Assembly: GCA_963708515.1 (NCBI GenBank)
Contig: CAVPSX010000015.1
Coordinates: forward strand, 6,396-70,395
Length of the DNA stretch: 64,000 nucleotides
Direction of reading: 5' to 3'
Source of the DNA: an uncultured delta proteobacterium
Lineage (GTDB): Bacteria; Desulfobacterota; Syntrophia; Syntrophales; Fen-1087
The notes below the pieces were generated by a model. That model saw only the letters and a list, made by a program, of their open reading frames with translations. It had not been told where the DNA came from and made no database searches. Made by a program: the position numbers and the translations under genes. Below, piece after piece: positions 1-10,668 of the stretch. Position 1 is the stretch's first letter. Each line of letters opens with the position of its first letter.

Positions 1-74
1 GCAATAGACCCCGGACTCCTCCCGGCCGAGATACCAGAAATGTCCGTGATTTTTCCCGCTTTGCGAAATCGCAT
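1..74 (-). CDS. Possible 5' end of a gene running off the left edge (MRFRKAGKITDISG...)
   Basis: ATG preceded by a GAAGGGGG RBS-like sequence, open to the window edge; no recognisable motif. Confidence 0.25.
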   Translation of the reverse strand, partial: MRFRKAGKITDISGISAGRSPGSI

Positions 75-603
75 GGCGCGCACCCCCTTCAGGTTCATAT
101 AGGTTTTCGGTCGTATGTATAGTCAATATCCGTCGTCATCGCAAGCACAAAGAAGTCAGGTTCATCCGGTGATGCGTACTTTTGATTTATAAAAGAATGA
201 AATGTATGAATCGTTCCGGAGCTTTCTTTCACCTATACGCATCCTTGATATTACCGACAGGTCATTCATTAGTTTATTGTAGTCGTGATTTCCGGCTGAT
301 GAGTTTGTGTAGCAGCTTGCAGACCGTTATGCTCAGGAGCGAACAATGAAAAAATGAAATGCGCCGGTTATTGACGCTACCTACAAGCCCTTAGCATGCC
401 CATTTTGATGAGAAACGAAGATTACCGATTGAATCTTTAATGAATCTTATTCGGAATTTCCCTCATTATACCCCAATCCTATCCCTAAAACTGGACTGGC
501 TTTCGGCTGGAGGTCAAAAGTCAGACCCGGATGCTTATGCATGAGGTTTTCCGCCTTTCGTTTCCGCCTATTTGCCCGACTTTTTCTGTGTACATCGAGT
601 GAT

Positions 604-1293
604 TCAATCAGCATTCCCTTGCCCGCGGGAATCCACGGACAGTGAAACCAGACGGGCAATAAGAATCGCCGGATAGAGCTGACCGGTGAAGGCCTCGAAC
701 ATCACAGCGGTTCGTGCAAACGGGTTCAGAGGTGTAATATCCCCGTATCCCAGTGTCGTGAGCGTGATGGTGCTGAAGTAAATGAAGTCCTGCGCCATGA
801 AATTGCTTGCTACCTGCGATGGTGTCGCGAATTGGAATGAACGGGGGGACAGATACTCGATCAGCGTATAAATAAGTGAAAAAATGACCGATAGTAGAAG
901 ATAGCCTGCGACAGCTCCCCGGACTCGGTGAGCCGTGACGGGACCTGGCCGGAAGACGTGCCACAAAACGATGGCAAGAAGGGACGTCGCGAAGAAGATC
1001 GTGAGAACTGCCTCGGTCAGGACGAAAATCGTGCTCCCAGTCGAAACCCGCAGCCAATGAACTGCTAAGTAGAGGATGACGACGAAGGCAATGGAGACCC
1101 GGAAAATCTTGCGCTCCGTCATGGCAAACAGCCCGCCTGCAAGAATCAGTGCCATGATGAGGCTGCTTATCATTCTCAGTATGCCGATCTGATTTGCCAA
1201 CGGGTTGATGACGAAAACGTAGGAGACGAGGCAGATTAAAAAAACCGACAGGCTGCGGTCTTCGTACCAGAAATTAAATAGGCGCTTCAGCAT
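604..1293 (-). CDS. Potassium channel family protein (Ion_trans_2)
   Basis: Multiple TM helices; pore motif YFSTITLTTLGYGDITP. Confidence 0.88.
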   Translation of the reverse strand: MLKRLFNFWYEDRSLSVFLICLVSYVFVINPLANQIGILRMISSLIMALILAGGLFAMTERKIFRVSIAFVVILYLAVHWLRVSTGSTIFVLTEAVLTIFFATSLLAIVLWHVFRPGPVTAHRVRGAVAGYLLLSVIFSLIYTLIEYLSPRSFQFATPSQVASNFMAQDFIYFSTITLTTLGYGDITPLNPFARTAVMFEAFTGQLYPAILIARLVSLSVDSRGQGNAD

Positions 1294-1493
1294 GGGTGCA
1301 CCGTGGTTTTCACGTCCCCTATGCCGATTCTTCTTGACGTCCGAGCTCGGGATGCTCTGCCGGCTCCCGCCAACCCAATATCGGGTGAGCCGAACTCGTA
1401 AAGCCCAATCCGACCGGCATAGGCTAACTCACCGGAAAAGATAGCCGCAAAAACCATGGCGAAAGCCACTCTGATTGATCCTGATTGTTTCAT
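1287..1493 (-). pseudogene. N-terminal fragment of a FadL/OmpP1-type outer-membrane transporter
   Basis: Signal peptide followed by IGLYEFGSPDIGLAGAGRASRA, typical of the FadL-family N-terminus; similarity stops after ~50 aa. Confidence 0.55.
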
Positions 1494-1633
1494 AAATACG
1501 TCCATTTCCATTCCGATCCAGGGGCTCTGCGCCAGGACCCTCTTTTATTTCATAAGTTCCAGCCACGCACTTATGCATGTTCCTGCGTCGGTTTCTTATG
1601 CGTCTTCCCCGTATCTCCGTCAACACATCCGGC

Positions 1634-2731
1634 TCACGGTCCGCTGGGCGGCAGCAAGTAGAGCGTGATGGCAAACATCAGGTAAACCCCGAGGACCAGC
1701 ACACCGATAAACCAGGCGCTACGGCCACCATTGGAAACCAGTGCCGCCGTAAGGGTCGCCAGCAGCATCATGAGTACTGCACCGGGCCAGAACTCCAGGG
1801 TCATGGGCGACGGCCCCAGCACGTAGCTGGCAAGAACCAGCACCGGGGCCACGAACAGGGCGATCTGCGTCGCGCTTCCCAGGGCGATGCCCACGCTGAG
1901 ATCCAGTCGGTTCTTGCGTGCAGCCGAAAACGCCGCAGCCATCTCCGCGGCACCGCCGACGAGCGCCACGACGATGAAGCCGACGAAGACGTCAGACATC
2001 CCCATCGCCTGGGCGGCTTCCTGCACGGACGCGACGAACACCTCACTGACCAGCGCGACCAGAACCGTGATACCGCCCAGGGTTACCAGCGCCAGATTGA
2101 GCGGCCAGGGCGCTTTATCTTCCTCCTCATGCACTGCCGCCGAACCGAAGAACTCGCGGTGTGTCTTGAGTGTAAACAGAAGTCCCAGACCGTAGATCAA
2201 GATCAGCAGGACGGCCAGGCACAGACTGAGATTCTGCGTAACATCCGCGATTGATTCCGCCTCCCTGCGGCCGACAACCGTCGGCAGAAACAACCCAATT
2301 GTTGCCAAAAACAAGAGACCGGCTTGAAGCCGTGCACTGGCATTATTAAATTGTTGCGCATGGTGTTTGAGTCCACCGAGCAGGAACGAGGCTCCCAGCA
2401 TGAACAATGTATTGGTCACAATCGCTCCGGCGATGGATGCCTTGACCAGCATGTACTCCCCGGCGCTCAGTGCGGTCAGGGCAATCACGAGCTCGGTCAG
2501 GTTGCCCAGCGTAGCGTTGAGCAGGCCGCCGACGTTATCGCCGGTCTTCGCAGCCACCGACTCCGTAGCGTGGCTGAGCAATGCCGCGAGTGGCACGATA
2601 GCGAGGACCGATAGCGCGAAAAGCAGGGTCTGCGCTTCCGGCCTGACCTGTTCGACGACAAACACCGCCGGCACGAACACCAGTAACCACAAGATCGGGT
2701 TGTGAATAATTTCCTTGAAGAGCAGATTCAT
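1634..2731 (-). CDS. cax: Calcium/proton exchanger (CaCA family)
   Basis: GGLLNATLGNLTEL and GSATQIALFVAP alpha-repeat motifs; ~10 TM helices. Confidence 0.92.
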   Translation of the reverse strand: MNLLFKEIIHNPILWLLVFVPAVFVVEQVRPEAQTLLFALSVLAIVPLAALLSHATESVAAKTGDNVGGLLNATLGNLTELVIALTALSAGEYMLVKASIAGAIVTNTLFMLGASFLLGGLKHHAQQFNNASARLQAGLLFLATIGLFLPTVVGRREAESIADVTQNLSLCLAVLLILIYGLGLLFTLKTHREFFGSAAVHEEEDKAPWPLNLALVTLGGITVLVALVSEVFVASVQEAAQAMGMSDVFVGFIVVALVGGAAEMAAAFSAARKNRLDLSVGIALGSATQIALFVAPVLVLASYVLGPSPMTLEFWPGAVLMMLLATLTAALVSNGGRSAWFIGVLVLGVYLMFAITLYLLPPSGP

Positions 2732-3121
2732 GTTTCACCTCCGCTGGATGGCCGGCCCCATCCCCGAGACCGGGTTGGTAGGCAAGCTGAACCGGATCAC
2801 CGGCCAGAGTATAAGACAAGGAAATCTCGTATGTCAAAGGATATATGGCGGTTAAATGGGGGATACTGAACGGAAAGTGCGGGCAGGATGTGAGGAGATC
2901 ACTCCTTCCCTGGAATATTTCAACCACCGATTCCGTTATTGTCATCTGCATGTCCCCCGTGAGCCTCCATGTCTAATATTTGATTCATTTTTGTGAATAA
3001 ATCACCCGCAGAGATTCCTTCATCATCTTTGAAGCGATGCCGGTGGAATAATGCATTGGAGGGTAAAAAACGCATGAATCAATGGTAGAATGTAATATAA
3101 TAATATATAGTATGTATCAGA

Positions 3122-3385
3122 TTAGGCATTTAATTCTTTCGAGAGACGCTCAGATAAAAATATTTTGATGAGCGATTGATATGGAACATCTCTCTTGTTG
3201 GCAATGAGCGTTAACTCTTCAAGCATGATTTGCGGCAGACGCAAAGAAATCGTTCTGAGAGAAGGCTTGATGTTGGGTAGCAAAACCCGACTTGCCTTCG
3301 ACCAGTCAATATAGTCGGAAGAATCAGCGTTTGCCCAAAATTCACGCTCTTCGGCTTCAGTTTTGAATTTAGGTATTTTTTTCAT
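3122..3385 (-). CDS. BrnA/CopG-like antitoxin
   Basis: KIPKFKTEAEEREFW N-terminus and ISLRLP...DVPYQSLIK RHH-like C-terminus. Confidence 0.85.
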   Translation of the reverse strand: MKKIPKFKTEAEEREFWANADSSDYIDWSKASRVLLPNIKPSLRTISLRLPQIMLEELTLIANKRDVPYQSLIKIFLSERLSKELNA

Positions 3386-3473
3386 GGTATTGATACGCCT
3401 CTCTTTCCTTGCAATTCATGTCTCGTGCTGAAATAATCCGGATGAGGTTATTCCTCACGGTAAATACAATAAA
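3369..3473 (-). pseudogene. brnT: C-terminal remnant of a BrnT toxin
   Basis: Translates as FIVFTVRNNLIRIISARDMNCKEREAYQYHEKNT*; RIISAR motif; in-frame TAA directly upstream, no start codon. Confidence 0.75.
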
Positions 3474-3643
3474 TTAGAATAAATCAGCAAGAAATACATT
3501 TCCAGCAAGCATGTAAAAGTCGGATGAACCAGCAGTTATGCATGGAAAATGACGGCCTTCCATGCTATGAATCCATAGCTGCCCCAATACCGACGGGGCT
3601 CCTATGATGCAAGCGCTCAGTAAGGATAATAAAGGAGGGAAAG

Positions 3644-5669
3644 ATGAAATCGATCAGCAATCTGGATGCACTCTTCAGACCGCGCAGCGTAGCCATGATC
3701 GGCGCTTCGGCCAGCCCCGGGAAACTCGGCCATGACATTCTCTACAATCTGATCCATGCCGGGTTCGGCGGGCCCATTTATCCCGTCAACCCCAAGGCGG
3801 ATGAGCTTCTCGGGTTGCGAGTTTACAAGGATATCGCCTCCCTTCCGGCGCCTCCCGATCTGGCCGTTGTCGTCATTCCTTCAAGAATGGTTTCGGGAGC
3901 CATCGAGGAATGCGGCAAACTGGGAGTCAAGGCGGCCGTCGTCGTGACCGGCGGTTTTGCCGAAGCGGGGCCGGATGGAGAAAAGCTCCAGAAGGAGCTG
4001 GCGGACATCGCCGGCCGCTATGGTGTTCGCGTCGTCGGTCCCAATTGCCAGGGGATCAACAGCCCGCACCATCATCTCTGCGCTTCCTGGCCCCTGATTA
4101 CCGCCAGGGGCAAGATTGCCTTTGTTTCACAGAGCGGCACTGTCGGGGCGGCGCTCATCGACTGGGCCAGCCAAGATCAGATCGGTTTCAGCGTGTTTGT
4201 CAGTCTGGGCAACCGGGCGGACGTGGACGAGGCGGACTGCATCCGGTATTTCAATGAAGATCCGGACACAAAAGTGATCGCCATCTACATGGAAGGGGTC
4301 AAGCGGCCTGCCTTATTTCTGGAATCCCTTGAACGGGCGACGAAGCCCATCGTGATCCTGAAGGCCGGGCGGACGGCCCGCGGCCGCGTCGCGGCGGAAA
4401 GCCACACGAAATCCCTGGCGGGCGACGACGCCATCTACGGGGCGATCTTCGATAAGTACAAGGTTCATCGGGCCGACAACCTCGAAGAACTCTACGATTT
4501 TGCCAAGGCCCTGGCGTATATGGAAAAGCCTTCCGGAAAGCGCCTGCTCAATATTTCCAGTTCCGGCGGCGCGGCCATTCTGGCCATCGACGAGGCGGAG
4601 AAACTGGGATTCGAAAATCCGGCGCCGTCGAAAGCGCTGCAGCAGCGGTTGCGGGCCTTTCTGCCGGCCCACTGCGGGGTCAGCAATCCCATTGATCTCA
4701 CGGGCGACGCCATCTCTGATCCCAGCCTTTACGCCAAAGTCATAGCCGCCGCCAAGTCGGACTATGACACAAGCGTGGTGATCTTCGGCGATCCCATTCA
4801 CGGCGCGTCCGACATTGTCACCGGAAAAGGTGAACTGATCGTCTACTGCGGAGGCGCCGACGTGGAGCGTGAGGAAACCATACTGCTGCATCGCAAAGGG
4901 ATTCCCGTCTATCCGACGCCGGAGCGAGGCATTCGGGCCCTCTACCAGCTTGTCCGCTTCGATGAAGCCCGGCCTGCAAAAAAAGCCCCGCATGCGGCCG
5001 CGCCGGAAACGGCTCTGAACCTCATGCCGGCCCGGAAGGCCGCCGCCTTGCTGAAGAAATACGGGGTTTCCGCCGTGGACGCAAAGCTGGCGCCGTCGTC
5101 AAAGGATGCGGTCGCGCTGGCAAGGAAATATAAAAAACCGGTGGTTCTCAAGATTGCCTCCCCGGATGTGGCTCACAAAACCGATGTCGGCGGGGTCCGG
5201 CTCAATCTGGCCAAAGCGTCGGAGGTCAAAAGCGCCTTTGAAGATATCGTGAAAAGTGTCCGGAGGAAGGCGCCGGGCGCGCGGATTGAAGGCGTTACGG
5301 TTTCACCCATGGCCGATCCGGGCGGGCTGGAGATCATATCTAGGCGTCATCAAGGATCCCCAGTACGGGCCTGCCCTGATGTTCGGCCTGGGCGGGATTT
5401 TCACGGAAATTTACAGGGATGTGCAGTTCTGCCTGCTGCCGGGTACGGTTAATGAGTTCCGGCGCATGATCAGAGGCATCAAGGGTTATCCGCTGCTTTC
5501 CGGCGTTCGCGGCCAGCAGCCGAAGGACGAGAAGGCCCTGATCGGGATCATGAAAGCCCTGTCAAATCTGGTCAAGGACCATCCGGAGATCGACCAGATC
5601 GATCTGAACCCGGTTCTGGTTTATGAAGAGGGCGTGGCGGTGGTTGACTACCGGATTTATGCCCGGTAA
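3644..5669 (+). CDS. Fused acetate/acyl-CoA ligase (ADP-forming), CoA-binding plus ATP-grasp; frameshift near 5340
   Basis: GPNCQG, SQSGT, SHTKSLAG and HKTDVGGV motifs; C-terminus (LGVIKDPQYGPALMFGLGG...DLNPV) continues in another frame. Confidence 0.88.
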
Positions 5670-5677
5670 GGGGGCCG

Positions 5678-6217
5678 TCATGGCTGTTGAATCAGCTTTT
5701 TCAGTTCCCCCGCGAAGACATCGTACATTTTCCGGCTGAACAGCACGAAGCGGACCAGATCAAGATCGCCGTGTTCCCCGAGGTAGTCCATGGCGGTCCT
5801 CAGGGCAATGCGGGCTGCCTCCTCGAGCGGATAAGCGTAAACGCCGGTGCTGATCGCGGGGAAAGCCAGGCTTTTCAATCCTCTGGCGGACGCCAGTTTC
5901 AGGCTTTCCAGATAAGCGCTTTTGAGCAGGGCCGCTTCTCCGCTACCGCCGCCCTGGTAGACGGGACCGACCGTATGGATGACGTATCGGGCCTTGAGGC
6001 TGCCGCCTGCGGTGATCACGGCCTGACCGGTCGGACAGCCGCCGATCTTGCGGCATTCCGACATGATGGAAGGTCCTCCGGCTGCGTGAATGGCGCCGTC
6101 CACGCCGGCCCCCCCTGCCAGCCTCGTATTGGCGGCATTGACGACAGCGTCCGTTTCCTGCAGGGTAATATCACCCTGAATGAGGGATAAAGTGGCGTTA
6201 TTTATTTTGATATCCAT
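5678..6217 (-). CDS. Macro domain protein, O-acetyl-ADP-ribose deacetylase (YmdB-like)
   Basis: GDIT, VNAAN, GGAGVDGAIH, FPAISTGVY motifs. Confidence 0.92.
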   Translation of the reverse strand: MDIKINNATLSLIQGDITLQETDAVVNAANTRLAGGAGVDGAIHAAGGPSIMSECRKIGGCPTGQAVITAGGSLKARYVIHTVGPVYQGGGSGEAALLKSAYLESLKLASARGLKSLAFPAISTGVYAYPLEEAARIALRTAMDYLGEHGDLDLVRFVLFSRKMYDVFAGELKKLIQQP

Positions 6218-6401
6218 AGCCGGGCTCCTTTCCTGACCTTCCGTATAATGAAATGACGAAAAACTGTAAAGGAAAACTTGGCTGAGCCGACAGGAAAGCC
6301 TTTTCACTTGAATATTGGGCTCTTAAATGATATACGTAAAATTATTTGTGTCCTGTTGATTGCGGGATGACCTCTGCCGGCAGGCCTCCTTTCCTTGATT
6401 T

Positions 6402-6803
6402 ATGGCATTGAACAAAAATAAGAGTACTGAAGATGTCCTTCAGGAAGAGTTTCTTCGGGAAAGAGCGGCTGTCTTGGGTCGGGCAGGGGATAGTGTTTCC
6501 AGGGCTCTCGAAAAATTGCACAGCATTGAAAACAGCCTGGAGGAAAGGATGGACCGGCTGGCGGAGATTGAACGGCTCGTCTCGCAGGATTTGACCGATG
6601 CCCGCAGCCTGAGCCAATTACGTCGTCAGATAGTTGCTGAAATCAATTGGGAGATCAGCAGATTCAACGGAGCTCGCGAATATGCCCTGATGAGGCTCTA
6701 TTATCTGATCGTCACCCGTGAAGCGATGGGAATGAGGCGGCATCATTGGGTGGACCAGCACTACCGTGTACCGCCGCGAAAAAAACATCTGCAGGATGAC
6801 TGA
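6402..6803 (+). CDS. Hypothetical coiled-coil protein
   Basis: 133-aa ORF whose stop overlaps the pcm start; helical and charged. Confidence 0.7.
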   Translation: MALNKNKSTEDVLQEEFLRERAAVLGRAGDSVSRALEKLHSIENSLEERMDRLAEIERLVSQDLTDARSLSQLRRQIVAEINWEISRFNGAREYALMRLYYLIVTREAMGMRRHHWVDQHYRVPPRKKHLQDD

Positions 6804-7456
6804 TGGACAGATATACAAAACAACGCATGAGGATGGTGGATACGCAGATCCACGCCCGAGGGGTCAAAGATGTACACCTCTTGAAGGTGATGCAAGCGGT
6901 TCCCCGCCATCTGTTTGTGGAAGAAGCCATGATGGATCAGGCCTATAACGACAATCCCCTGCCCATTGGTGAGAATCAGACCATATCGCAACCCTATATT
7001 GTAGCATTGATGACGGAGGCGCTGTCCTTGACGGGAAAGGAAAAGGTGCTCGAGATCGGGACCGGTTCCGGGTATCAAACCGCCATTCTGGCACAACTTG
7101 CCGACCGGGTTTTTTCAATCGAACGGATTGCATCATTGGCCGGCAGGGCAAGAAAAATACTCGATTACCTGCATGCCTTTAATGTGGCGATCCGGGTGGG
7201 AGACGGGACGTACGGTTGGAAGGAAGAAGCGCCCTTTGACGCCATCCTCGTAACAGCCGGCGCCCCCAAGGTTTCCTCCATCTTGGTGGGGCAGCTCAGC
7301 CTGGGGGGCAGGCTGGTCATTCCGGTGGGGAACCGCTTGACGCAGACCCTCATGAAGGTGACGCGCCTTTCCGATGATATCCACGATATCAAGAAGGAAG
7401 ATCTGGGCGGATGCCGGTTTGTCGATCTCATCGGGGAGCACGGTTGGGAAAATTGA
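6803..7456 (+). CDS. pcm: Protein-L-isoaspartate O-methyltransferase
   Basis: [30 protein letters not shown] motifs. Confidence 0.96.
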   Translation: MDRYTKQRMRMVDTQIHARGVKDVHLLKVMQAVPRHLFVEEAMMDQAYNDNPLPIGENQTISQPYIVALMTEALSLTGKEKVLEIGTGSGYQTAILAQLADRVFSIERIASLAGRARKILDYLHAFNVAIRVGDGTYGWKEEAPFDAILVTAGAPKVSSILVGQLSLGGRLVIPVGNRLTQTLMKVTRLSDDIHDIKKEDLGGCRFVDLIGEHGWEN

Positions 7457-7488
7457 ACACACATCCCCGTGAACGGGTCAGCAGATGG

Positions 7489-8694
7489 ATGATTATTCTG
7501 ATCATCGGCTTCCTTTTTCCTGCCTGTTCGGGACAGCCTGTCAAATCGATGAAGACGTATCAGGCCAAGGGTATATATCACCACGTAAAAAGCGGAGAAA
7601 CCCTCTACCTCATTGCACGGGCATACAATGTGAACGTGCAGGAACTGGCAGAAGCAAATAATATTCAAGACCCGAGCCGGATTGAAGCGGACAGTGTTAT
7701 TTTTGTTCCCGATGCCAGGCAGGCGATCGATGACATCATCGCCTCGATGGATAAAAGGCGTCCTGCGACCGGCGACGTTGTGCCAAAAGCAGGTCAACCC
7801 GTGGTCAAGCAGCCTCCGGAAGGTGTCCGGGCGCCGGTGAAGCCGCCCGTCCGGGAAGCGACCATGCCGTCCCGAGCGGAAACACCCTCCGAGGCGACGG
7901 CCATGCGGCCCCGAACCGAAGCACCCCCCGGGGTATCGTCCATGCGGCCCAGAACGGAATCACCCATCGTGGTATCGACCATGCCGTCCCGAGTGGAAAC
8001 ACCCTCCGGGGTATCGGCCATAACGCCGCGAGTGGAAGCAACCCCCGGTATGTCGGCCATCCGCATCAAGCCGTCAAAGGTGCTGGAGCGTTTTCCTGAA
8101 GCATCCCGTGAAGGAGGCAAAGTCACTGCTCCCGTCTCTGAGAAAGAACCGCCTGCCCGGCATGCGGAACATACCTCCCTTGTGGTGCAAAAACCTGAAC
8201 AGGTGCATGAGCGGGTAGATCCTCCACCCGCTGCGGCCGCCGAGGTATCCCAGGGCATACCTGAATCTCCGGTAGTAACCGCGCCGACGAAGGCAGATGG
8301 CGAGACCCTTCAGTTTGACCGGAAGCGGTTTATCTGGCCCGTGAAGGGCAGGGTGGTCTCGCGGTTCGGAATCCAGCCGAATGGCATGTACTATAACGGG
8401 ATTACCATCGTTGCAGGGGAAGACAGACCGGTGGTTGCCGCCGCCAGGGGAGCCGTCATCTTCTCAGGTCTTCTGAAGGATTATGGAGAAACGATCATTA
8501 TCAAGCACGAGGATCATTATGCCACCGTGTATACCCGCCTGGGGCAACGGAAGGTCAAACTCGATGATCGCGTCAAACAGACCGAGATGATTGGTTATTT
8601 GGGAAAAGGTGAAGAAAAAGGGGGCGGATCCCGCTTGAACTTTGAGATCCGCCATCACAACAAAGCGCGCAACCCGATGTTTTTTTTACCATAG
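7489..8694 (+). CDS. nlpD: LysM + M23 lipoprotein (NlpD-like); start could be the TTG at 7453
   Basis: Lipobox FPAC, LysM (HHVKSGETLYLIA), Pro-rich linker, C-terminal WPVKG...NP M23 fold; follows pcm. Confidence 0.8.
   Translation: MIILIIGFLFPACSGQPVKSMKTYQAKGIYHHVKSGETLYLIARAYNVNVQELAEANNIQDPSRIEADSVIFVPDARQAIDDIIASMDKRRPATGDVVPKAGQPVVKQPPEGVRAPVKPPVREATMPSRAETPSEATAMRPRTEAPPGVSSMRPRTESPIVVSTMPSRVETPSGVSAITPRVEATPGMSAIRIKPSKVLERFPEASREGGKVTAPVSEKEPPARHAEHTSLVVQKPEQVHERVDPPPAAAAEVSQGIPESPVVTAPTKADGETLQFDRKRFIWPVKGRVVSRFGIQPNGMYYNGITIVAGEDRPVVAAARGAVIFSGLLKDYGETIIIKHEDHYATVYTRLGQRKVKLDDRVKQTEMIGYLGKGEEKGGGSRLNFEIRHHNKARNPMFFLP
7864..8058 (+). repeat. Five degenerate 39-bp (13-aa) coding tandem repeats in the NlpD linker
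   Basis: MPSRAETPSEATA / MRPRTEAPPGVSS / MRPRTESPIVVST / MPSRVETPSGVSA / ITPRVEATPGMSA. Confidence 0.85.
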
Positions 8695-8715
8695 AGGCGA
8701 TGTGATCCGGAAACA

Positions 8716-8901
8716 CATACCGAAGAAAAACGGCTTCGCTGCGGCTCACAATCATTTTCGATATAAGATATTAGAATTCTTTAAAATATTTATAAAATCA
8801 ATAATTTAGTCATGGGGACATTTATGGAGTCGTGTACCTATAGCGAAAAATCTTTCATTTGCCGCTTGCGAACCATTTTTCTTCGGTTATGTAAAGCTCT
8901 C
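8716..8901 (+). mobile_element. MITE-like inverted-repeat element, copy A (long form)
   Basis: Shares ACC..GAAAAA(T/C)GGCTTCGC left arm, CCGCTTGCGAACCATTTTT..GGTTATGTAAAGCTCTC right arm and central AATCAATAA with copies at 24787, 26589 and 47021. Confidence 0.8.
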
Positions 8902-8923
8902 AAAGAGTCAGGAGTTTACAAGA

Positions 8924-10072
8924 ATGTCATTTTCATTTGAACAGGGGCCCATCCGGCCGCCTAGTGAACATAGAAGTCTGCTGATCCGTGTGACCAGGAA
9001 TTGTCCCTGGAACAAGTGCGCCTTCTGTCATTCCTACCGCAATGAGCGGTTTGCCCTGCGATCGGTGGAGGAAGTCAAACAGGACATTCAGTCGGCAGGT
9101 CGGATTGCCGAAGAAATCCGTGCACTGTCGTGGAAATTGGGAGAAGGGGGGCATGTCAGCGAGAGGATCGCCAATGCCGTCTGGCAGCAGAACGAGCTCT
9201 ATAATGACCAGTTCCGCTCTATCGCCGCATGGCTTTACTACGGCGGCGAATCCGTTTTTCTGCAGGACGCCGATTCACTCATCCTGAAGACGAAAGATCT
9301 GGTGGAGATCCTTTCTTGCCTCAGAACGACATTTCCTTTGGCCAGGCGGATCACCTCTTACTGCCGTTCAAAGACGGCGGCCAGAAAGTCCGTGGAGGAC
9401 TTCCGGCTGCTCCGGGATGCCGGCCTGTCCCGAATTCATATCGGCATGGAAAGCGGTTATGATCCTCTGCTGAAATTTATCCGGAAAGGGACAACGGCGG
9501 CGGAACATATCGAAGGGGGCAGGAGAATCGTGGCGGCAGGGATTTCATTGTCTGAGTACGTGATCCCGGGGCTGGGCGGTACAAAATGGTCGAGGGAACA
9601 TGCCCAGGAGACGGCCCGGGTGATCAATCAAATCAACCCGGCGTTTATCAGGCTCCGGTCGCTGCACGTTGTCCGTGACACAGATCTTTATGAACGGATG
9701 CAGAACGGGGAATTCACCCCAGCGGGCGAGGAAGAGGTGTTGCACGAAATTCGCATGTTTATCGAGCACCTCGAAGGGATAGAGAGCACGCTGGTGAGTG
9801 ATCACATCCTGAACCTTCTGGAGGAACTGGAAGGGACCTTGCCGGCGGACAAAGAAAAAATGCTGTCTCTGATCGACCGGTACTTTGCCTTGCCGTCGCA
9901 GGATCGCATCATCTTCCGTCTGGGACGGCGGAAAGGCCTTTACCGAAGCCTGGATGACCTTGACAACCAGAAAACATACCTGAAACTGAAACAGATTGTC
10001 GACGAATATGTGTCGAAGGAGCCCGAGCAACTGGATAGAGACCTCAGAAGGCTGATGCATTCATATATTTAA
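8924..10072 (+). CDS. Radical SAM protein
   Basis: CPWNKCAFC (CxxxCxxC); IRPPSE N-terminus; GMESG. Confidence 0.9.
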   Translation: MSFSFEQGPIRPPSEHRSLLIRVTRNCPWNKCAFCHSYRNERFALRSVEEVKQDIQSAGRIAEEIRALSWKLGEGGHVSERIANAVWQQNELYNDQFRSIAAWLYYGGESVFLQDADSLILKTKDLVEILSCLRTTFPLARRITSYCRSKTAARKSVEDFRLLRDAGLSRIHIGMESGYDPLLKFIRKGTTAAEHIEGGRRIVAAGISLSEYVIPGLGGTKWSREHAQETARVINQINPAFIRLRSLHVVRDTDLYERMQNGEFTPAGEEEVLHEIRMFIEHLEGIESTLVSDHILNLLEELEGTLPADKEKMLSLIDRYFALPSQDRIIFRLGRRKGLYRSLDDLDNQKTYLKLKQIVDEYVSKEPEQLDRDLRRLMHSYI

Positions 10073-10078
10073 AAAAGA

Positions 10079-10107
10079 TTGACGAATGTGTAAAATCCTG
10101 GTAACAT
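10079..10107 (+). promoter_or_regulatory. Putative sigma70 promoter of the carD operon
   Basis: TTGACG-N17-TAACAT upstream of carD. Confidence 0.5.
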
Positions 10108-10144
10108 ATCAGGTTCAAATTTACAATGGCAGGTGGTGTGTACT

Positions 10145-10630
10145 ATGTTCAAGGTAGGGGATATGGCTGTTTATCCCGCCCAGGGCGTCGGTGTGATCGA
10201 GTCCATCGAAAACAGGGAAGTGATGGGCAATAAACAACTTTTCTATGTCATGAAAATCATGGGTAATGGCATGAAGATCATGATTCCCATGAGCGGTGCG
10301 GATGCCGTCGGACTCAGGGAGGTGATTGCCCGGGAGGAGATACCAAAAATCTACGAGATCCTCAGAAACAAGGATGTGACCATCGACAAGCAGACCTGGA
10401 ATAAAAGATACCGGGAATACCTGGAAAAAATCAAGACGGGATCGGTCTTTGAGATCGCCCGTGTGTTGCGGGATCTCTTAATATTAAAAACCGATAAGAA
10501 TCTGTCCTTTGGTGAGCGCAAGATGATGGATACGGCCAAGAACCTGCTCATCAAAGAAATCTCGGTTGCAAGTAATGCTGAAGAGACCAAGGTTGAGCAG
10601 GATCTGAAAACCATTTTTACTTTTCAATAA
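10145..10630 (+). CDS. carD: CarD family transcriptional regulator
   Basis: FKVGDMAVYPAQGVG; WNKRYRE; LSFGERKMMD. Confidence 0.95.
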   Translation: MFKVGDMAVYPAQGVGVIESIENREVMGNKQLFYVMKIMGNGMKIMIPMSGADAVGLREVIAREEIPKIYEILRNKDVTIDKQTWNKRYREYLEKIKTGSVFEIARVLRDLLILKTDKNLSFGERKMMDTAKNLLIKEISVASNAEETKVEQDLKTIFTFQ

Positions 10631-10668
10631 ATAATACAAACATTTATAAAGAAAGGAGGTGATTATTT

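Noticed and set aside
2732..2830. GC-rich leader of cax as a cation riboswitch
   Set aside because: Could not match yybP-ykoY or other consensus motifs; may be a remnant of an upstream gene
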